A stretch of 64,000 nucleotides of DNA from Rhynchobatus australiae. Taxonomy: Eukaryota. The DNA lies in contig JAUZTB010000087.1 of NCBI GenBank assembly GCA_034780895.1, positions 85,539,506 to 85,603,505 of the forward strand, read 5' to 3'. Position numbers and translations under genes: made by a program. Below are positions 1-14,244 of the stretch, piece after piece; the stretch's first letter is position 1, and each line of letters begins with the position of its first letter. The notes beneath the pieces are model-generated. The model saw only the letters and a list, made by a program, of their open reading frames with translations, searched no databases and was not told the origin of the DNA.

Positions 1-429
1 TATCAGGCAGATGAACCTAAGAAAGATTCTGTTCCCTTACAGAACATTACAGAAGTGATCAATTAACTACTAAGTTTTTCATATCTATGACAAGATAAAC
101 ACATTGCAAACTTAAATGTACTAATTATGATTGTGTTGACAGAATATTTTTGTAGTGAGTTGCAATGCAACAAAAATTGACATCTTATTTGTTATTATAA
201 TATAATTGAAGGCCTATAATGTTAACATGATGAAAATATTTAGGAAATTATTTACATCCTAATCATAAAACAAAATGTACTTTTTGCTATGGCTCAACAA
301 GTTAACATTTTAAATGTTTTTCAGACTTTTTAAAGATTTCAGATGCACATATGGGATGTTGTTGTAAATACGGGGTGTCAGAATATTTAAAGTTAAGACA
401 CTTGTCCAAGTCAAACAAATAACCAAATT

Positions 430-1970
430 TATAAATGCTTCCATAGGTAGAGGGTTGGACAGAAAACAAAAGTGTAGGAATAAACAGGTCCTTTTCAGAT
501 CCCTCAGTTAACTTACTTTAATGATAAGAACGAAAAGACAGAGTGCAATATATCTATAAGAATAACAGCAAATGCTGGAAACACTCAGCAACATCTGTGG
601 AAAGTGAAACAGAGTTAACACTTCAGGCTGAAGACTCTTCACCAGTCAGGTGAGAGAGAGAGATGGAAATTTCACCAGTGAAAGGAGCAGAGCTCCTTCA
701 TGATTGACTATCGTGGAAGAGAAACAGCAGAGAAATCAACAATGAAAATCAGAAACTGCAGCTGATGGACATCAGAAATAAAAGCAGAAAATGCTGGAAA
801 CACTCGATTATAAATATATAAAAGATGTTCATGGTCAGGTGAGAAAGTGACATGTCAGGGCATCAGAAGTGTTTGCAAAGTATCAGTTAACTAGGCTTGG
901 GGGAGGCAAATGGGGTATAATGTGAGAGAACAAACACAATCCTCCCACCATCAAGGACATCTTCAAGAGATGGTGTCTCAAGAAGGCGGCATCCATCAAC
1001 TAAGGACCCTCACCATCCAGGACATGCCTCATCTTGTTACTATCATCAGAGAGGAGGTTACAGGAGCCTGAAGACCCACTCTCAACGATTTAGGAACAGC
1101 TTCTTCCCCTCTGCCATCAAATTTCTGAACGGTCCAGCAACCCATGAACACTACCTCGTTACTTCTTTGGCACTACTTACTTTTGTAATTTACAGTAATT
1201 TTATGTCTTTGCACTATACTGCTGCCGTAAAACAATAAATTTCATGTCATACGTCTGTTCTGATTATTTACTTCAAAAGCAAATGATACGTTGGCGTTAT
1301 CAAAAACGGGTTGGAGTTCAAAACTAGGTAAGTTATGCTCTGTAAAACCTCATTTGGAGTATTGTGTGCAGTTTGGTTTCTCTACCCAAGGAAGGATACG
1401 CTAGCCTTAGAGATGGTGCAGCTAAATTGTCCACTGGTATCAGAGCTGACCTTGAAGGAGAGGNNNNNNNNNNNNNNNNNNNNNNNNNNNNNNNNNNNNN
1501 NNNNNNNNNNNNNNNNNNNNNNNNNNNNNNNNNNNNNNNNNNNNNNNNNNNNNNNNNNNNNNNCACTGGTATCAGAGCTGACCTTGAAGGAGAGGTTGAA
1601 TACAATTGGAGTATAAAAAGAACAACAGGTGATGTCACAGAGAAATACAAGATTCCAAACAGGATTGTCAGGTTGAATGCTGTTGCCTTTAGTCGAAGAA
1701 TCTGGAACTTGATGGTGATGTCTCAGGGTAAGGCGTTAGCCATTCAGGACTTATATAAATAGAAATTTATTTTCTCAGAGGGCTATGAATCTTTAGAATT
1801 CTCTACCCCAAAAGGCTGTAGATGCTCAACTGTTGAGTACATTTGACACCAAGAGAATCAGAGGATATGGAAATCACCATGGAAAGCAGTTTTGAAGCCA
1901 AAGTTTAACCAAGATCTTTTTTTAAGTGGCAGAGCAGGATTAAGGTAATATTTGCCTTATCCCTGTGTAT
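430..1970 (+). mobile_element. Decayed CR1 LINE 3' portion, interrupted by a Penelope terminus (~565-810) and a Rex1-like 3' end (~935-1265)
   Basis: CCTCATTTGGAGTATTGTGTGCAGTTTGG (PHLEYCVQF-like) at ~1348 and a CR1-type 3' UTR ending ~1960. Boundaries approximate. Confidence 0.7.
935..1265 (+). mobile_element. Rex1/Babar-like LINE 3' end
   Basis: ...TACAGGAGCCTGAAGACCCAC...AACAGCTTCTTCCCCTCTGCCATCA... is nearly the same as the 3' end of the copy at 47521-48272. Confidence 0.8.
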
Positions 1971-2130
1971 ACTCTTGGGAAAAAAGGCAGACTACAATTT
2001 CTTTGTTTAAATATTGCAAATGCCAAAATCAATAGAATACAGTTTTAAGAAATTAAAATATGATTTTTGATTGAACACCAGCGAAGTAAAAGTATTTTTA
2101 ATATAAAACCACCTGTTTTCAAATACCTAC

Positions 2131-2400
2131 CTCGTAGCCTAGACGTGCTGCTCTTTGCAGCAAAGTCTCACCAGCATTTTTATTGACAATGAGTCTGCGT
2201 GCTTCTGGTGGCATGGGGCGATTTATTGGTGTCTCCTGTGGACTGCTGACTGCTTGTGCATTCAGAGGCCGGGAGGACTGCAGTATTAATGAAGTCGGCA
2301 ACAAACGATCAGAGGACTTCTGCTCGCATGCTTTCTTTGGTGTGGCATCTGTGTCCGTAGTTAGTGCTGGGCGTTTTCTGGAATTCCTGATCACAGTGGC
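2131..2400 (-). CDS. BCOR: BCOR exon 10 (270 nt): ...[30 protein letters not shown] (start of ankyrin repeats)
   Basis: The C-terminal 30 residues are identical to recalled human BCOR. Acceptor CTGCAG at 2401; donor GAG|GTAGG at 2130; phase 0-0. The gene continues beyond the left edge. Confidence 0.97.
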
Positions 2401-4799
2401 CTGCAGGAAATTAGCGATGGGAAAATTGTTAATAGAATGGAATGGACAGGAACAGGGCAAATTTGCAAAGATAATGACTTTGCAGCTATTTAACCTAAAT
2501 TCTCTGCATAATTAGGAAAAGAACTAAAATAAGCTGGAGCAACAAAGTAAAAAGTGACATTTACACAGTGCTTTATTGCTTAGAAACATCTCAAAAGTGG
2601 TTTCAATACAACAGATTACTGTGAAATGCAATCAATGTCATTGTTCAGGTAAAAAGTCAATGTGTATACCAAAATTATGCACATTCTTGCAATGGCATCT
2701 GACTCAGCCCAGAGGTGAAACACATAATAACAAGAGAAAAAAAACTATGAAACCAATTGAAATCTGGCAATCTAATCAACTGACCACTGCTAAAGATGGG
2801 GACTTGGTTGTATAGTGGTTAGTACTGGGCTAGCAACTCATGGCTCATAGGTTCAAATGGCAATTTCTGGTGAAACGGCATTCAATAAATCGATAAATAT
2901 GTAGACCAGCACCAGAAAAGGAACCACTGAAGTTCCAAATTGATAGTAAAACTCAGCTGGTTCTCTAAAAGTCCCTTCTCAGCATGGCACATGCAGATCT
3001 TTAGTCCCTGTCACATTAACACTGCCCTTTTCAGTACCATCTATATCTCAAGATAAGATTAAAAATAATGAGGTGCTCTTTCTTAAACTGTCAACAGTTT
3101 TTCATATGGCTTAACAATTGTCAATGCCTATTTATTATAAATAAATTGAAAGAAATCTGCTAATTCTTTATTTTAAAATTACCAGAATTTATAGTGTTCT
3201 TAATGTACAGATGTGTTGTGTGCCTAATAGAAACTTTATAATAAGAAATAATGCATGCTGAGCCAAGGGAAGTTATAACAGTAGAGATGCAAAACCTTGG
3301 CCAGTGTTAAGGAGAAGACAGAAGTTTAGAAACTGAGGAGTGGAACTTAGAGAGGCAGAAAGAAAATATTGAGGAACCAGAGCCAGTGTTAGTCAAGGTG
3401 ATTTATTTGTAGGATTCGGTGCAGAGCAAGATATGAACAGCTTCAGTTTTGGATAGGCTACAGTTTATATAGGGTAGAGGATTGGAAGCAAATGAAAAGA
3501 GAAACTGAATAGTCAAGGTGATGTGATCAGATCATTGAAGAGTAGTTCAGCAGCAGATGGATAACAGAAGCTGTGAGAAAAGGTTATATGACAAAGATAT
3601 AAAATTTGAAGTTTAGAATTGTTCTATTAAGTTTAATTATGAAAGAAGTCATCACAGAAAGAAGTCGTAAACCCTTCAAGTCAATGTAGGCTCTTTCAAA
3701 GAAGAATCCAGTTAGCCCCACTTGCTGACTCCTTCCACTTGTCCTTGGAATTTTTTTTCTTTATTATCAAGAGCTAAAACTGCACCTGTTTACAACAGCC
3801 TGTCAAGCAGTGTATTCCAAGTCATTCCAAATCTCTTTCTAGCCAGCTCTGCTCTAACAAGTACAGCTTCTCCAATCTACCACATAACTCTAATCCGTCA
3901 TTCCTAGAGGCAGTATCGAGATACTGTTTTCTGTATCTCTTCAAAAGCCTCACATGCTTCCCAAAGTAAAGCATTTTTCACATTTCTTAACTTTTTATAT
4001 AATAACATGAGTTGTCAGCGTAGAAGTTACTGTCATGTTATCAAATTCTGGAGTTTGTTATTCCTGATTGCTTAAATTAAATGTTTATAGTTTGTGAGCC
4101 AGCTGTTGGAAAGGTAACACCATTATTTCTCTGCATCAGTCGTGAACTGCAGGTACATGCATAAAGTGGAACTGAAACAAGGCCAACTAACAAATAGCTC
4201 TCATTTTAGTTATGTGACAGGACAGGAATACCAAATCCTTCTGCAAAGTCTCCTGAAAAGAGAGGATGTGTTTGTAGGTCTGATCATTCTCCTATCCAGC
4301 AGCACATGGTCCAGCATGTGGGTGACGCCAACCACAGACTATAATGTGGCTAATTCACACACTAAGCACTCTCAATGCATGGCCCAGAGAGATCTCTGTC
4401 CGCTGTAATCTTGACACACTATCAGCAAATCCCTGTAGTCAGCCGAAGTCAAATCTCTTTTCATGCGTGCTTTTAAAGAATACTAAGTTAGATGTCACAC
4501 TTCTCAATCAAAGCAGAATCATATAGGGACAGCAACATGCCAGCTGAAGTTTTAAACATTCATGCAGAATATAAAACAAATGTGCAATTGATTTAAACAT
4601 TTGATGAACTACTTTTCCTCTTTGATTACAGCAGAAGCTGGAAGGTAAAAATAGATTGCAGTTGAAGAATTGAATATGAAAGTGCATCTCAGGGTGGTTG
4701 GCCAGTTACTTCATAAATGTGACTTAAGAAATAGAGGGTCACCATGGGACTTTAGAAAAAAGATTTTTTTGGTACTTGTTGGAACAGAATCATAGCATC

Positions 4800-6420
4800 C
4801 ATAGAAACATACAACACAGTAACAGGACTTTACAGCCCACCTCATCAATGCCAACTGTGATACCTAAGTACGCTAATCCTATTTGCCCATGTTTGGCCCA
4901 TATCCCTCAACTCATTTCCTATCTAAGTACCTGTCCAAATGCCTGTTAAACATTGCAATTGTATCTGCCTCCACTACCTCCTCTAACAGCTTGTTCCAAA
5001 TATTCACCACCCTCTGTGCGGGGAAATTTACCCCTCAGGTCTCCCTTAAATTTCTCCCCTCTCACCTTAAACTTGTGCCCTNNNNNNNNNNNNNNNNNNN
5101 NNNNNNNNNNNNNNNNNNNNNNNNNNNNNNNNNNNNNNNNNNNNNNNNNNNNNNNNNNNNNNNNNNNNNNNNNNNNNNNNNNNNNNNNNNNNNNNNNNNN
5201 NNNNNNNNNNNNNNNNNNNNNNNNNNNNNNNNNNNNNNNNNNNNNNNNNNNNNNNNNNNNNNNNNNNNNNNNNNNNNNNNNNNNNNNNNNNNNNNNNNNN
5301 NNNNNNNNNNNNNNNNNNNNNNNNNNNNNNNNNNNNNNNNNNNNNNNNNNNNNNNNNNNNNNNNNNNNNNNNNNNNNNNNNNNNNNNNNNNNNNNNNNNN
5401 NNNNNNNNNNNNNNNNNNNNNNNNNNNNNNNNNNNNNNNNNNNNNNNNNNNNNNNNNNNNNNNNNNNNNNNNNNNNNNNNNNNNNNNNNNNNNNNNNNNN
5501 NNNNNNNNNNNNNNNNNNNNNNNNNNNNNNNNNNNNNNNNNNNNNNNNNNNNNNNNNNNNNNNNNNNNNNNNNNNNNNNNNNNNNNNNNNNNNNNNNNNN
5601 NNNNNNNNNNNNNNNNNNNNNNNNNNNNNNNNNNNNNNNNNNNNNNNNNNNNNNNNNNNNNNNNNNNNNNNNNNNNNNNNNNNNNNNNNNNNNNNNNNNN
5701 NNNNNNNNNNNNNNNNNNNNNNNNNNNNNNNNNNNNNNNNNNNNNNNNNNNNNNNNNNNNNNNNNNNNNNNNNNNNNNNNNNNNNNNNNNNNNNNNNNNN
5801 NNNNNNNNNNNNNNNNNNNNNNNNNNNNNNNNNNNNNNNNNNCTCCCTTAAATTTCTCCCCTCTCACCTTAAACTTGTGCCCTCTCATTCTGGACTCCCC
5901 TGCCCTGGGAAAGAGATTCTGACTATCTATCCTATTTATACCCCTCATAATTTTGTAAACCTCTATAAGGTCACTGCTCAGACTCCAGTAAGAGTAAAAC
6001 CAGTCTATCCAATCTGTCCTTGTAACCAGAGCCCTCCATCCCTGGCAACATCCCAGTGAATCTCTTCTGCACTCCCTCCATTGCTACGGCATCCTTCCTA
6101 TATGTGGTGACCAGAACTGCGCGTAACTTTCTTAAGTGTTGTCTATCTAATGTTTTGTACAATTGCAACATGATGTTCCAACTCTTCCACTCAAAGTCTT
6201 AGCTGATGAAGACAAGCACACCAAATGCCTTCTTTTACTACCCCATCCACCTTTCAGTGAGCAATGGACTTGCACCCCAAGATCTCTCTGGACATCAATC
6301 TTCCTTTGGTCACTGCCACTTAATCTTTCAGTCCTACCAGAATTTGACCTCCCAAAGTGCATTACCTCCCATATATTTGGATTAAATTCCATTAGCCTCA
6401 CTTGTCTGGATTAAATTCCA
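4800..6420 (-). mobile_element. CR1 LINE 3' fragment (spans N-gap)
   Basis: Minus-strand peptides MEFNPNIWEVMHFGRSN, MLQLYKTL...VQKRFTGMLPGM and MRGINRIDSQNLFPRAGESRMRGHKFKV are typical of the CR1 ORF2 C-terminus. Confidence 0.9.
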
Positions 6421-7909
6421 TTTGCTGCAAATTCAATTAGCATTTCCTCCTTCCTATTCAACCTTGTCTTTTATCATTATGTCTTTAAAATGCTTGTTGA
6501 GGTTTTGTTTTACGGCAAGGTGATGGAGCATATAGTGCAGCATTATTCCCCAAGGGTTTCACTATAAGACTCATCACCAAGAAACCTAACATTTCAACAG
6601 TAGTTGCAGACACTCTATATTGGCAGACTTGGGCAGTAATTCAACTTAGAATGGCTAACCTCATGCACATACAAAGTGGCTGGGCCAAGACTAGCTCAAA
6701 ACTATGCCTCCAGTTGCATTCCATTAGTCAGGGACAAAAGTCTTCTGTGTGCCTTTGATGTCAACCTAGCCACAGGCAGGTCTGAACAGATACAGTATGA
6801 ATTATTTTTATGGAACCAGAAGAACTTCNNNNNNNNNNNNNNNNNNNNNNNNNNNNNNNNNNNNNNNNNNNNNNNNNNNNNNNNNNNNNNNNNNNNNNNN
6901 NNNNNNNNNNNNNNNNNNNNNNNNNNNNNNNNNNNNNNNNNNNNNNNNNNNNNNNNNNNNNNNNNNNNNNNNNNNNNNNNNNNNNNNNNNNNNNNNNNNA
7001 TTTCAGTGGCTAACACTTGTTTCAGTTTAGCAGCTTGATCACTTCCAGGTCTAATGTGTCTATTGCCATCACAATGTGAAATAAGCATCATCAATCCACT
7101 TTGCTTTAAAAATATTTTGAGGCTGAATTTCTCTCGCTCACCCTTCAATATCCCCAGTACCACAAATGGATCTAAGATACCAAACAGCAATGAATGCTGT
7201 TGATAACTCTCTGGGAAATCCAGATCTGTTGGATTGTACTGCCTTAGGTCAATGATGAAAGGAATTAAGCACAGCCTCCACTAATACCTGACTCTGGACT
7301 TCTTAATCTGTGGACAACTGACCCCAACACTAGTCTAAAAGCATTTGATCCTATAAATTGGGGTCATATTGAAGGTGACTGTCAAATGAATGCGGCATGA
7401 CATTTGGAAATGAAGGGAATGACAGTCAAGTCAAAGCCTCAGCCTTCAGGAGCACCTCTTCCACCTTTATAAGCTGTGTTCAGTTTATTAAATCCAGTAT
7501 ACAATGATTGGTTACATAGAATACCATGAATGCAATATGACACCATATGACAGACATTTTCTGCTCTTACTGGTCAGCTTCCACCATGCTTAGTGGCACA
7601 TGACTCCTCATATGCAGTGACAGTAGCAATCACAAAATCAGAAAATGCAGGCATTTCAATCTCAAGACAAACTTTCTGCTACCAGTCATTCCTTCAAATA
7701 TCTGTTCCAAAAATTAATACTTTGTATTAAAGTGCAGTCACACAATAATATGGAGACAACCTTTATTGGTCCTAAATTACAAGTTTTGTGTAAGTTAGTA
7801 TCACACGTTATTTCCACCTCCCAGAAAATGCAAGAGCCGTACCACACTCCTGATATTACTGCCTCTTGTTGTTCAACTGTCACAAGTCCAACACCTTATT
7901 GTGGAATTA

Positions 7910-8580
7910 TAGAATTGCTACAACACAGAAAGTACCATTCAGCCCATCAGATATGTTAGCTCCTAGTACTGTAATCCAAATCAGCCCCATTACACTGCTC
8001 TTTCCCCATAATCTGAAAATTATTTTCTGAAAGGTGCACAAATTTCCACTCACGTGCCTATCCAATTCCATCTCAAAAGCCTTGATTGATTCTGTTTCCA
8101 TTCCCTTTGCAGGCAGTGAGGTCCAAATCATAACCAGTTTCTGCAGGAAGAAAAGCTTCTCCTCAAAACCCTCTTGTGCCTTTGCACCAAATTTTTGAAT
8201 GTGTCCCATTTGCTAATGGAAAGAGCTCCCCTCTGTTTATCCTGCCTAATTCAGCCATGATCTCGCACAGCTCTGTCCAATCTCCTCTCAGATGTCTTTG
8301 TTGTAAGCTCACAACACAACTTCTCCAGTCTAGCCTTGGAGCTGAAACCTCTCATCATTGGAACTACTCTAGTAAAACTCTTCTGCATCCTCTCTGGGAT
8401 GTTCACATCCTTCCTTAAGTGTGGCAATCAGAATTGGATGTGGTATTCCAGGTACGGTCTGACCAGTGTTTTGTACAGATGCAACATAACTTCCTTGCTT
8501 TTATATTCCATGCCTCTATTTATGAACCCAGATCTGATACAATTTACTAATCACTTCTCTCAACATGCCCTGTCACTTAC
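7910..8580 (-). mobile_element. Decayed CR1 LINE 3' fragment
   Basis: Minus strand reads YKTLVRPYLEYHIQF...HLRKDV-like and FFLQKLVMIWTSLP. Confidence 0.8.
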
Positions 8581-11500
8581 AAGGATTTATGTTGGGACAT
8601 GAAACGGAAACTTATTAAAATCTACCTTGGTTTTTAAAAATGAAGATTACTTTTTGTACCAAATGTGAAAGGGTTAAAACAGAAGAAATTTCAAAAAATT
8701 ATACTTTCATCTCCATATTAGCATGAAATTTCTAAACTTCAATTAATAAAAACCTGAAAACTAGATTATGAAATGAAATGCTCAGCACAATTAGACATAT
8801 GATACCATGCAAAACCACACATATATCTTACTATCAACATAAATCTTTCCAAAACATTTCCATAAACTGCACTGAACCTGTATTCACATTACAGCTGCAA
8901 ATTGAGATCATGAATCACACTGGCCAAGATCATGAATCATACTGGTATGTTTTTTTGCAAGAAAGAGGACCTCTGCATAAGCTATGTTAAAAGAATAATA
9001 ATGTCCAGTATGGTATTGCAACTTAATATGGGCAACAACTGTTGTCATTGAAAGTAAACCACAGTCAAATCTAGGTGTCTTATCTGTAGTAACTGTTATC
9101 TGAAGTATAACCAAATAAAACAAATGGCACATTGTATGGATCCTAGTATATTTTCCAGCAATGTATTATGTAAAAAGTTTTCACTTTGCAAACCAAGTTA
9201 ATTCCATGGAGATAAATGAGGAAGGAGGGACTGGGAAGAGGAAGAAATACTTTCTGGTAGGTAGAAAAACAGGTCTACATTGTAAAGCTGAATTCCAGGC
9301 CCCTTTGGGAAAAGGCTATAATAAGATTTGCGGAATTTTAGATTTAAACAAATTTTCTCTCTTTCCTGAAAAAAACTGAAAAATATTACGCAGCATAACC
9401 CCAACTGATTAGCCACATGGCAAAATCTCACACAACAAATACTGAAAGTGGCACATGGCTTGTAATTGGATCCTCAGCAAGTTCTGTTCCAAATTAACCA
9501 AACAAGCCCTACAGATGTGTATAGAGAATTACTAACCAAAAAAAAGGAACCAGGAAATTTATGCTAAAGTGTGTAATTACCATTAATTGTTTCCATCCAC
9601 TCTGTATAAAATGAAATGATTTCAAATGACACCACTAATTCTTCATATCCAAATTTAAAAATCATTGCATGTAATTAAAAAACAATTATGTATTTGATTT
9701 TTGAAACCCATATTCCATTACTATTGCACAAGAAGTTTAGAGTTGGTGAATATAAAGAAAGAAAATTGAACAGTCCTGTGGAGAAAAGTAAAACCTTCTG
9801 GCGTATTTTCCCTTCTTCTGATTTTATCCACCCATGAGGTCAACTAAAAAGTTCCATCGTCCCAAGACCACTCTGTTCTGTTCCCAAGTGAACATTCTTG
9901 AATTGAGCTCAATCCTCTCTTCACATAGTTTGAGACATGCTTGTCACTGGTGCAGTAATCTAGAAAGGAAACCTTGGCATTTTTCATGCAAGTTTTTGGA
10001 ATTGTCTACCCAATGTGCTGTGGAGGCTCAGTTGCTATGTATATTCAAGAGAGAAGTTGATAGATTTTTAGATATTAAGGGAATCGAGGCCTACAGGAAG
10101 TGGAGTGGAGATAAAAGACCATCTGTAATCTTATTAAATGGAAAAGCAGGCACAAAGAGTCAAACATCTTATCCCTGCTTCTTTTGTTCTGTTCCTTCCC
10201 TAAATTGAGGCTGTTTGGAGAGCACTTGTTATGTTATCGTCAATAAAAATAGTCCAACATCCCACAAACTAAGCATTAGATCTAGAATTTTCCTATATTT
10301 CTATAGTTTACTATCACACTATAAAAATACACTTATCAGCCAAAGTTGCAGTTGAAATCAAATCAAGAATTGAATTCCAACTATTTTTCACAAAAGATAT
10401 AAATGTGATTACTTTTACCTGAAAAAGAAGTCTCAAAGATTGAAAAGCTACCATAAAGCCAGTGGAACATGGAAAGGATTGTAAGTTTAAAATGTTAACC
10501 AATGAGGAAATGAAAATTCATTAAAACTGCTTACTACTACAATCCAGAATTAGAAAAGGATGGTTGTATTTGTTTGACATAAATCACAGTAATTATTGGG
10601 TAACTGAAGGATACAAGTTACAAAAAATTTATGAGCTATGGTAAAAGTATTAAATGTACTTTAAGAACATTTCTACAAATTTCTGCGGATACAAGTATGT
10701 CTCTCTAGAGGAGCAATATTTAAATATACATAAGACATTTATACATAAAACAGTCCATAAAGTAAGAGTGTCAACCCATCCTCACCAGCCAGTATATTAG
10801 GATTCTACTGCAAAGGTAAAGACATAGAAAAATTGTGAGAGCCTCCAATGAAAACTATCCAAAATGCCAACTCAGTCTAGAACTGAATTCTATCCAAGAT
10901 GCTAGAAAAAATAATTTAACACCAGAGTCTGCCAAAAATTGAATGTATCATGCCTTTGCCCTTGATAAGTTTTAAATCTGATACATAATTCTAATGGCTA
11001 AATATATCAAAGTGAAAAATGGCATTGCATTGTGAGCATAGCATTTTTGAATACCTATTCTTTGAGTGGACAAGATACAAAAAGCTCAAAAATTACTGTT
11101 GCTAATAAGCTTCAAGCATTAATGCATTCTCATAGCATTCCAAGTAGAACTGTTAACCCATTAAACTGATAATTAATATCCAAGTTAAATTATGAGATAG
11201 CAAATAGAGATTTTAAAGTAGAAAATTAATTTAAATCAATATCACAATAACATTGCAGCCTCACAACATAATTGCTACTACATTTCACATTTAGCACAAC
11301 TGACAAAGGACAAATCTTTACCTCTTTGTCTACTAATATGGTTGACTGTAATACCTGGGTGACACAACATCTATTCTGAAGTTTCCTCATCTTCAAAGAG
11401 GGAGATAATAACTAATCTCAGAATACAGTTGTATGAGCAATCTTTCAAGCATCCACTCTTCACAAACTGTTCAATGAACTGGGCATGACATATGAACCCA

Positions 11501-11984
11501 ATCTTATTCTAACTTCATGAAAACAAGCACTTTTGAGCTATGGTCATTTTGTAGTGTTAAAGAAAGCTTTACTAATCATTTATCTCCTTTCTAAGTCCAT
11601 TGGTATTAACAAACCAGTGCCCAATTTGAGATCACAATTAAGCACCGAACTAGGATCAAATATGAAATCTTTGTTATCTGGAAGGTGCAGTACCATAACA
11701 GTTTGCATAATATCTCACTGAACCATCAATGGAACTTGGAATATACTCAAAGCAGTATTTGATGAACAATTGTACTACTGAGGGTGTTTAAGCTTTGTTC
11801 AGATTTATATCTATAAATTACAAACAATATGATTTTTGTTACCTTACTGTGAACTCTATTTATAACTAAGGATAATAGAGGTGTGTTATAGGAGCTATCC
11901 TCCATGATTGTGATTGTTAGCCATATACATTGAATGTAAAAATACTAAAAAAATTATGAAAATACCAATAAATTATTATTATAC

Positions 11985-12322
11985 CTTGTCTTCTGAGCTC
12001 TCGATATCAGTTGAGTCATCTGCTGTCAAAGATGACCTTCTTTTATCCTGACGTGTTAAGTGTTTTGTTTTGAACTGGCGCTTTCCTGAAGGTTTGTCCC
12101 GTTCAGTGTTTGAATACTTTGGTGAAATTGGTGAATAAAGATGGTCATCCTCCTTGCCAGAACACAAGATGCTCAGTTTGCGGCTTTCCTTGTTTCTTTG
12201 TCTTTTAGTCGATGATCGTGACAGTGGTGTGCTGGTTGAGTTTTGCTGTATTTGCCAGCTGCTACTTGTTGTTCCGGATAGTACTGTCTTTTTCCTTGGA
12301 GATACTGGAGGTGTAGAGAAAC
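11985..12322 (-). CDS. BCOR: BCOR exon 9 (338 nt): ...DKPSGKRQFKTKHL...EDK
   Basis: Matches human EKPSGKRLCKTKHL. TAG acceptor at 12325-12323; donor AAG|GTATA at 11984; phase 1-0. Confidence 0.94.
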
Positions 12323-13711
12323 CTAAAAAGAAATTGACATCATTTTCAATAATCAATTGCTGAAATTTTAGACCCAACTACTGAGTTTTATAACTGCAAT
12401 ACAGTACCATCAAATTGGTCATTTGAAGGTTGCAGAAGTAACATGATATTCTACATAGGTGTAAGAAAGCTCTATAGTCAAGAATGGAAATCAGTTCCAG
12501 AACTATGGTCTATCTCCTCAATGTAAACGGGGCAATGTTTACAAATGCTCTTAAACTGGTTTCTATATTACTACAGTATGAACAACTAGTAGGCATAAAT
12601 AATGCCTGTGGATTGGTTGATCACTNNNNNNNNNNNNNNNNNNNNNNNNNNNNNNNNNNNNNNNNNNNNNNNNNNNNNNNNNNNNNNNNNNNNNNNNNNN
12701 NNNNNNNNNNNNNNNNNNNNNNNNNNNNNNNNNNNNNNNNNNNNNNNNNNNNNNNNNNNNNNNNNNNNNNNNNNNNNNNNNNNNNNNNNNNNNNNNNNNN
12801 NNNNNNNNNNNNNNNNNNNNNNNNNNNNNNNNNNNNNNNNNNNNNNNNNNNNNNNNNNNNNNNNNNNNNNNNNNNNNNNNNNNNNNNNNNNNNNNNNNNN
12901 NNNNNNNNNNNNNNNNNNNNNNNNNNNNNNNNNNNNNNNNNNNNNNNNNNNNNNNNNNNNTCACTATAATTTTTTAAACTAATCAGGGACACACAGATAT
13001 GAATGCTGCAAGATATCCAGGACAGAAAGTGCAGCTTAAATGGTAGCATTTTTTAGTAGCCTGTATTTTGATAGTTGTACATATACAGTACAAATATTCT
13101 GATAATTACTGCATTTGTGCCATCATATCATCAAAGTAGGGAAAGATACTATTTATAAAAATCATAATTACACTGTTAAGACACTTTAGCATCACTGTCA
13201 TACACTAATGTGAACATGTGGTGGTTGTTAGGTGTACAGTTTGAGGAATCCGGTCAGGTATATTGTTTGTGCATTCTTCTGTTCCCTCTTCTCCACTTTA
13301 CTCTCTATCACACACATCAATTCCTTCCCCTCTCCCCTCCATTTGCTGATCCTATCCCTTCTCTGACTTTATACTCCTGTTCCAATCCACTGTCCACTTT
13401 TCCCTTCCAAACTCCTGCTCCCCTTCAATCTGTCCATCATTCTGCTCCTCCTTCAATCTATTCTCCTCACCCTACTTCAATATCCAGGCAAGCCACAGGC
13501 TAATTAAAGAAAGAAACAGCTGCCACAGACAACAGGCTCCAGCTGGGCACATGCAGCACCATGACATCAGATGCTCAAGTGTCGATTAGTGGGGGAGGTG
13601 GTGGGAGGAGAGTAAGAAAGGATGCTGCTCATCTCCAAGTCATGTGCACAAGCCCAGAGAAACAAACTTTTCATGCCAAAAAACACTGCCAACTTGGTGG
13701 ATTTCTGCTAT

Positions 13712-14244
13712 AGGTTGTGTTTTCTGCTATAATTTCATTAACATCTAGTGTATCATTGGAGTGAACGGATCCATCATTCCCAAACTATCTTATGCCACTT
13801 GCTTTTTGTTGCACTTTATGAAGCAAAATCACTTCCAGGAAGCTTGCTGGCTCAGGGTAAGAAGAGTCACCCTTCACAAAGCAATGAACCAGCAATGTGC
13901 ATGGTTGCGGAAGAAACCACAGACACACAGTACTGTTGAAGTAATGGAGGTTCTGTGACAACAACTGTTGTAAGAAGAGGTAATTTTTCACACTGAGGAT
14001 TGTCATTTAAGTCACAGGGTTGAGTTATATCCCTTGATAGGAAGCAACATGTAATACCAAAATTACGAACGACATGCAGCAGTCTTAGTTTCAATGCCAG
14101 ACTTTTAAAGACCTCGAAGATTTAATATGGTAGGGCAGGCTGGAAGGAAAGCAAAGGTTGTGTTTTCTGCTATAATTTCATTAACATCTCATGTATCATT
14201 GGAGTGAACGGATCCATCGTTCCCAAATATCTTATGCCACTTGC
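13712..14244 (+). repeat. ~90-bp direct repeat pair (13712-13802 and 14155-14244)
   Basis: AGGTTGTGTTTTCTGCTATAATTTCATTAACATCT...CTTATGCCACTTGC occurs twice with only a few differences, on one contig. Confidence 0.95.

Noticed and set aside
1432-1595. Identical sequence on both sides of an N-gap
   Set aside because: Contig-end overlap artefact of scaffolding, not a real tandem repeat.
2576-2815. ORF with CNQCHCSGKKSMCIPKLC, resembling a VWC/pacifastin cysteine motif and a possible partner of the EGF exon
   Set aside because: The DNA aligns by eye with the reverse-complement tail of the Deu-domain SINE (compare 22190-22300) and lacks suitable splice sites, so the motif is most likely coincidental.
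5041-5883. Duplicated 40-mer flanking a long gap, and ORFs of 290-370 aa
   Set aside because: Gap-edge overlap inside a CR1; the ORF lengths are made of Ns.
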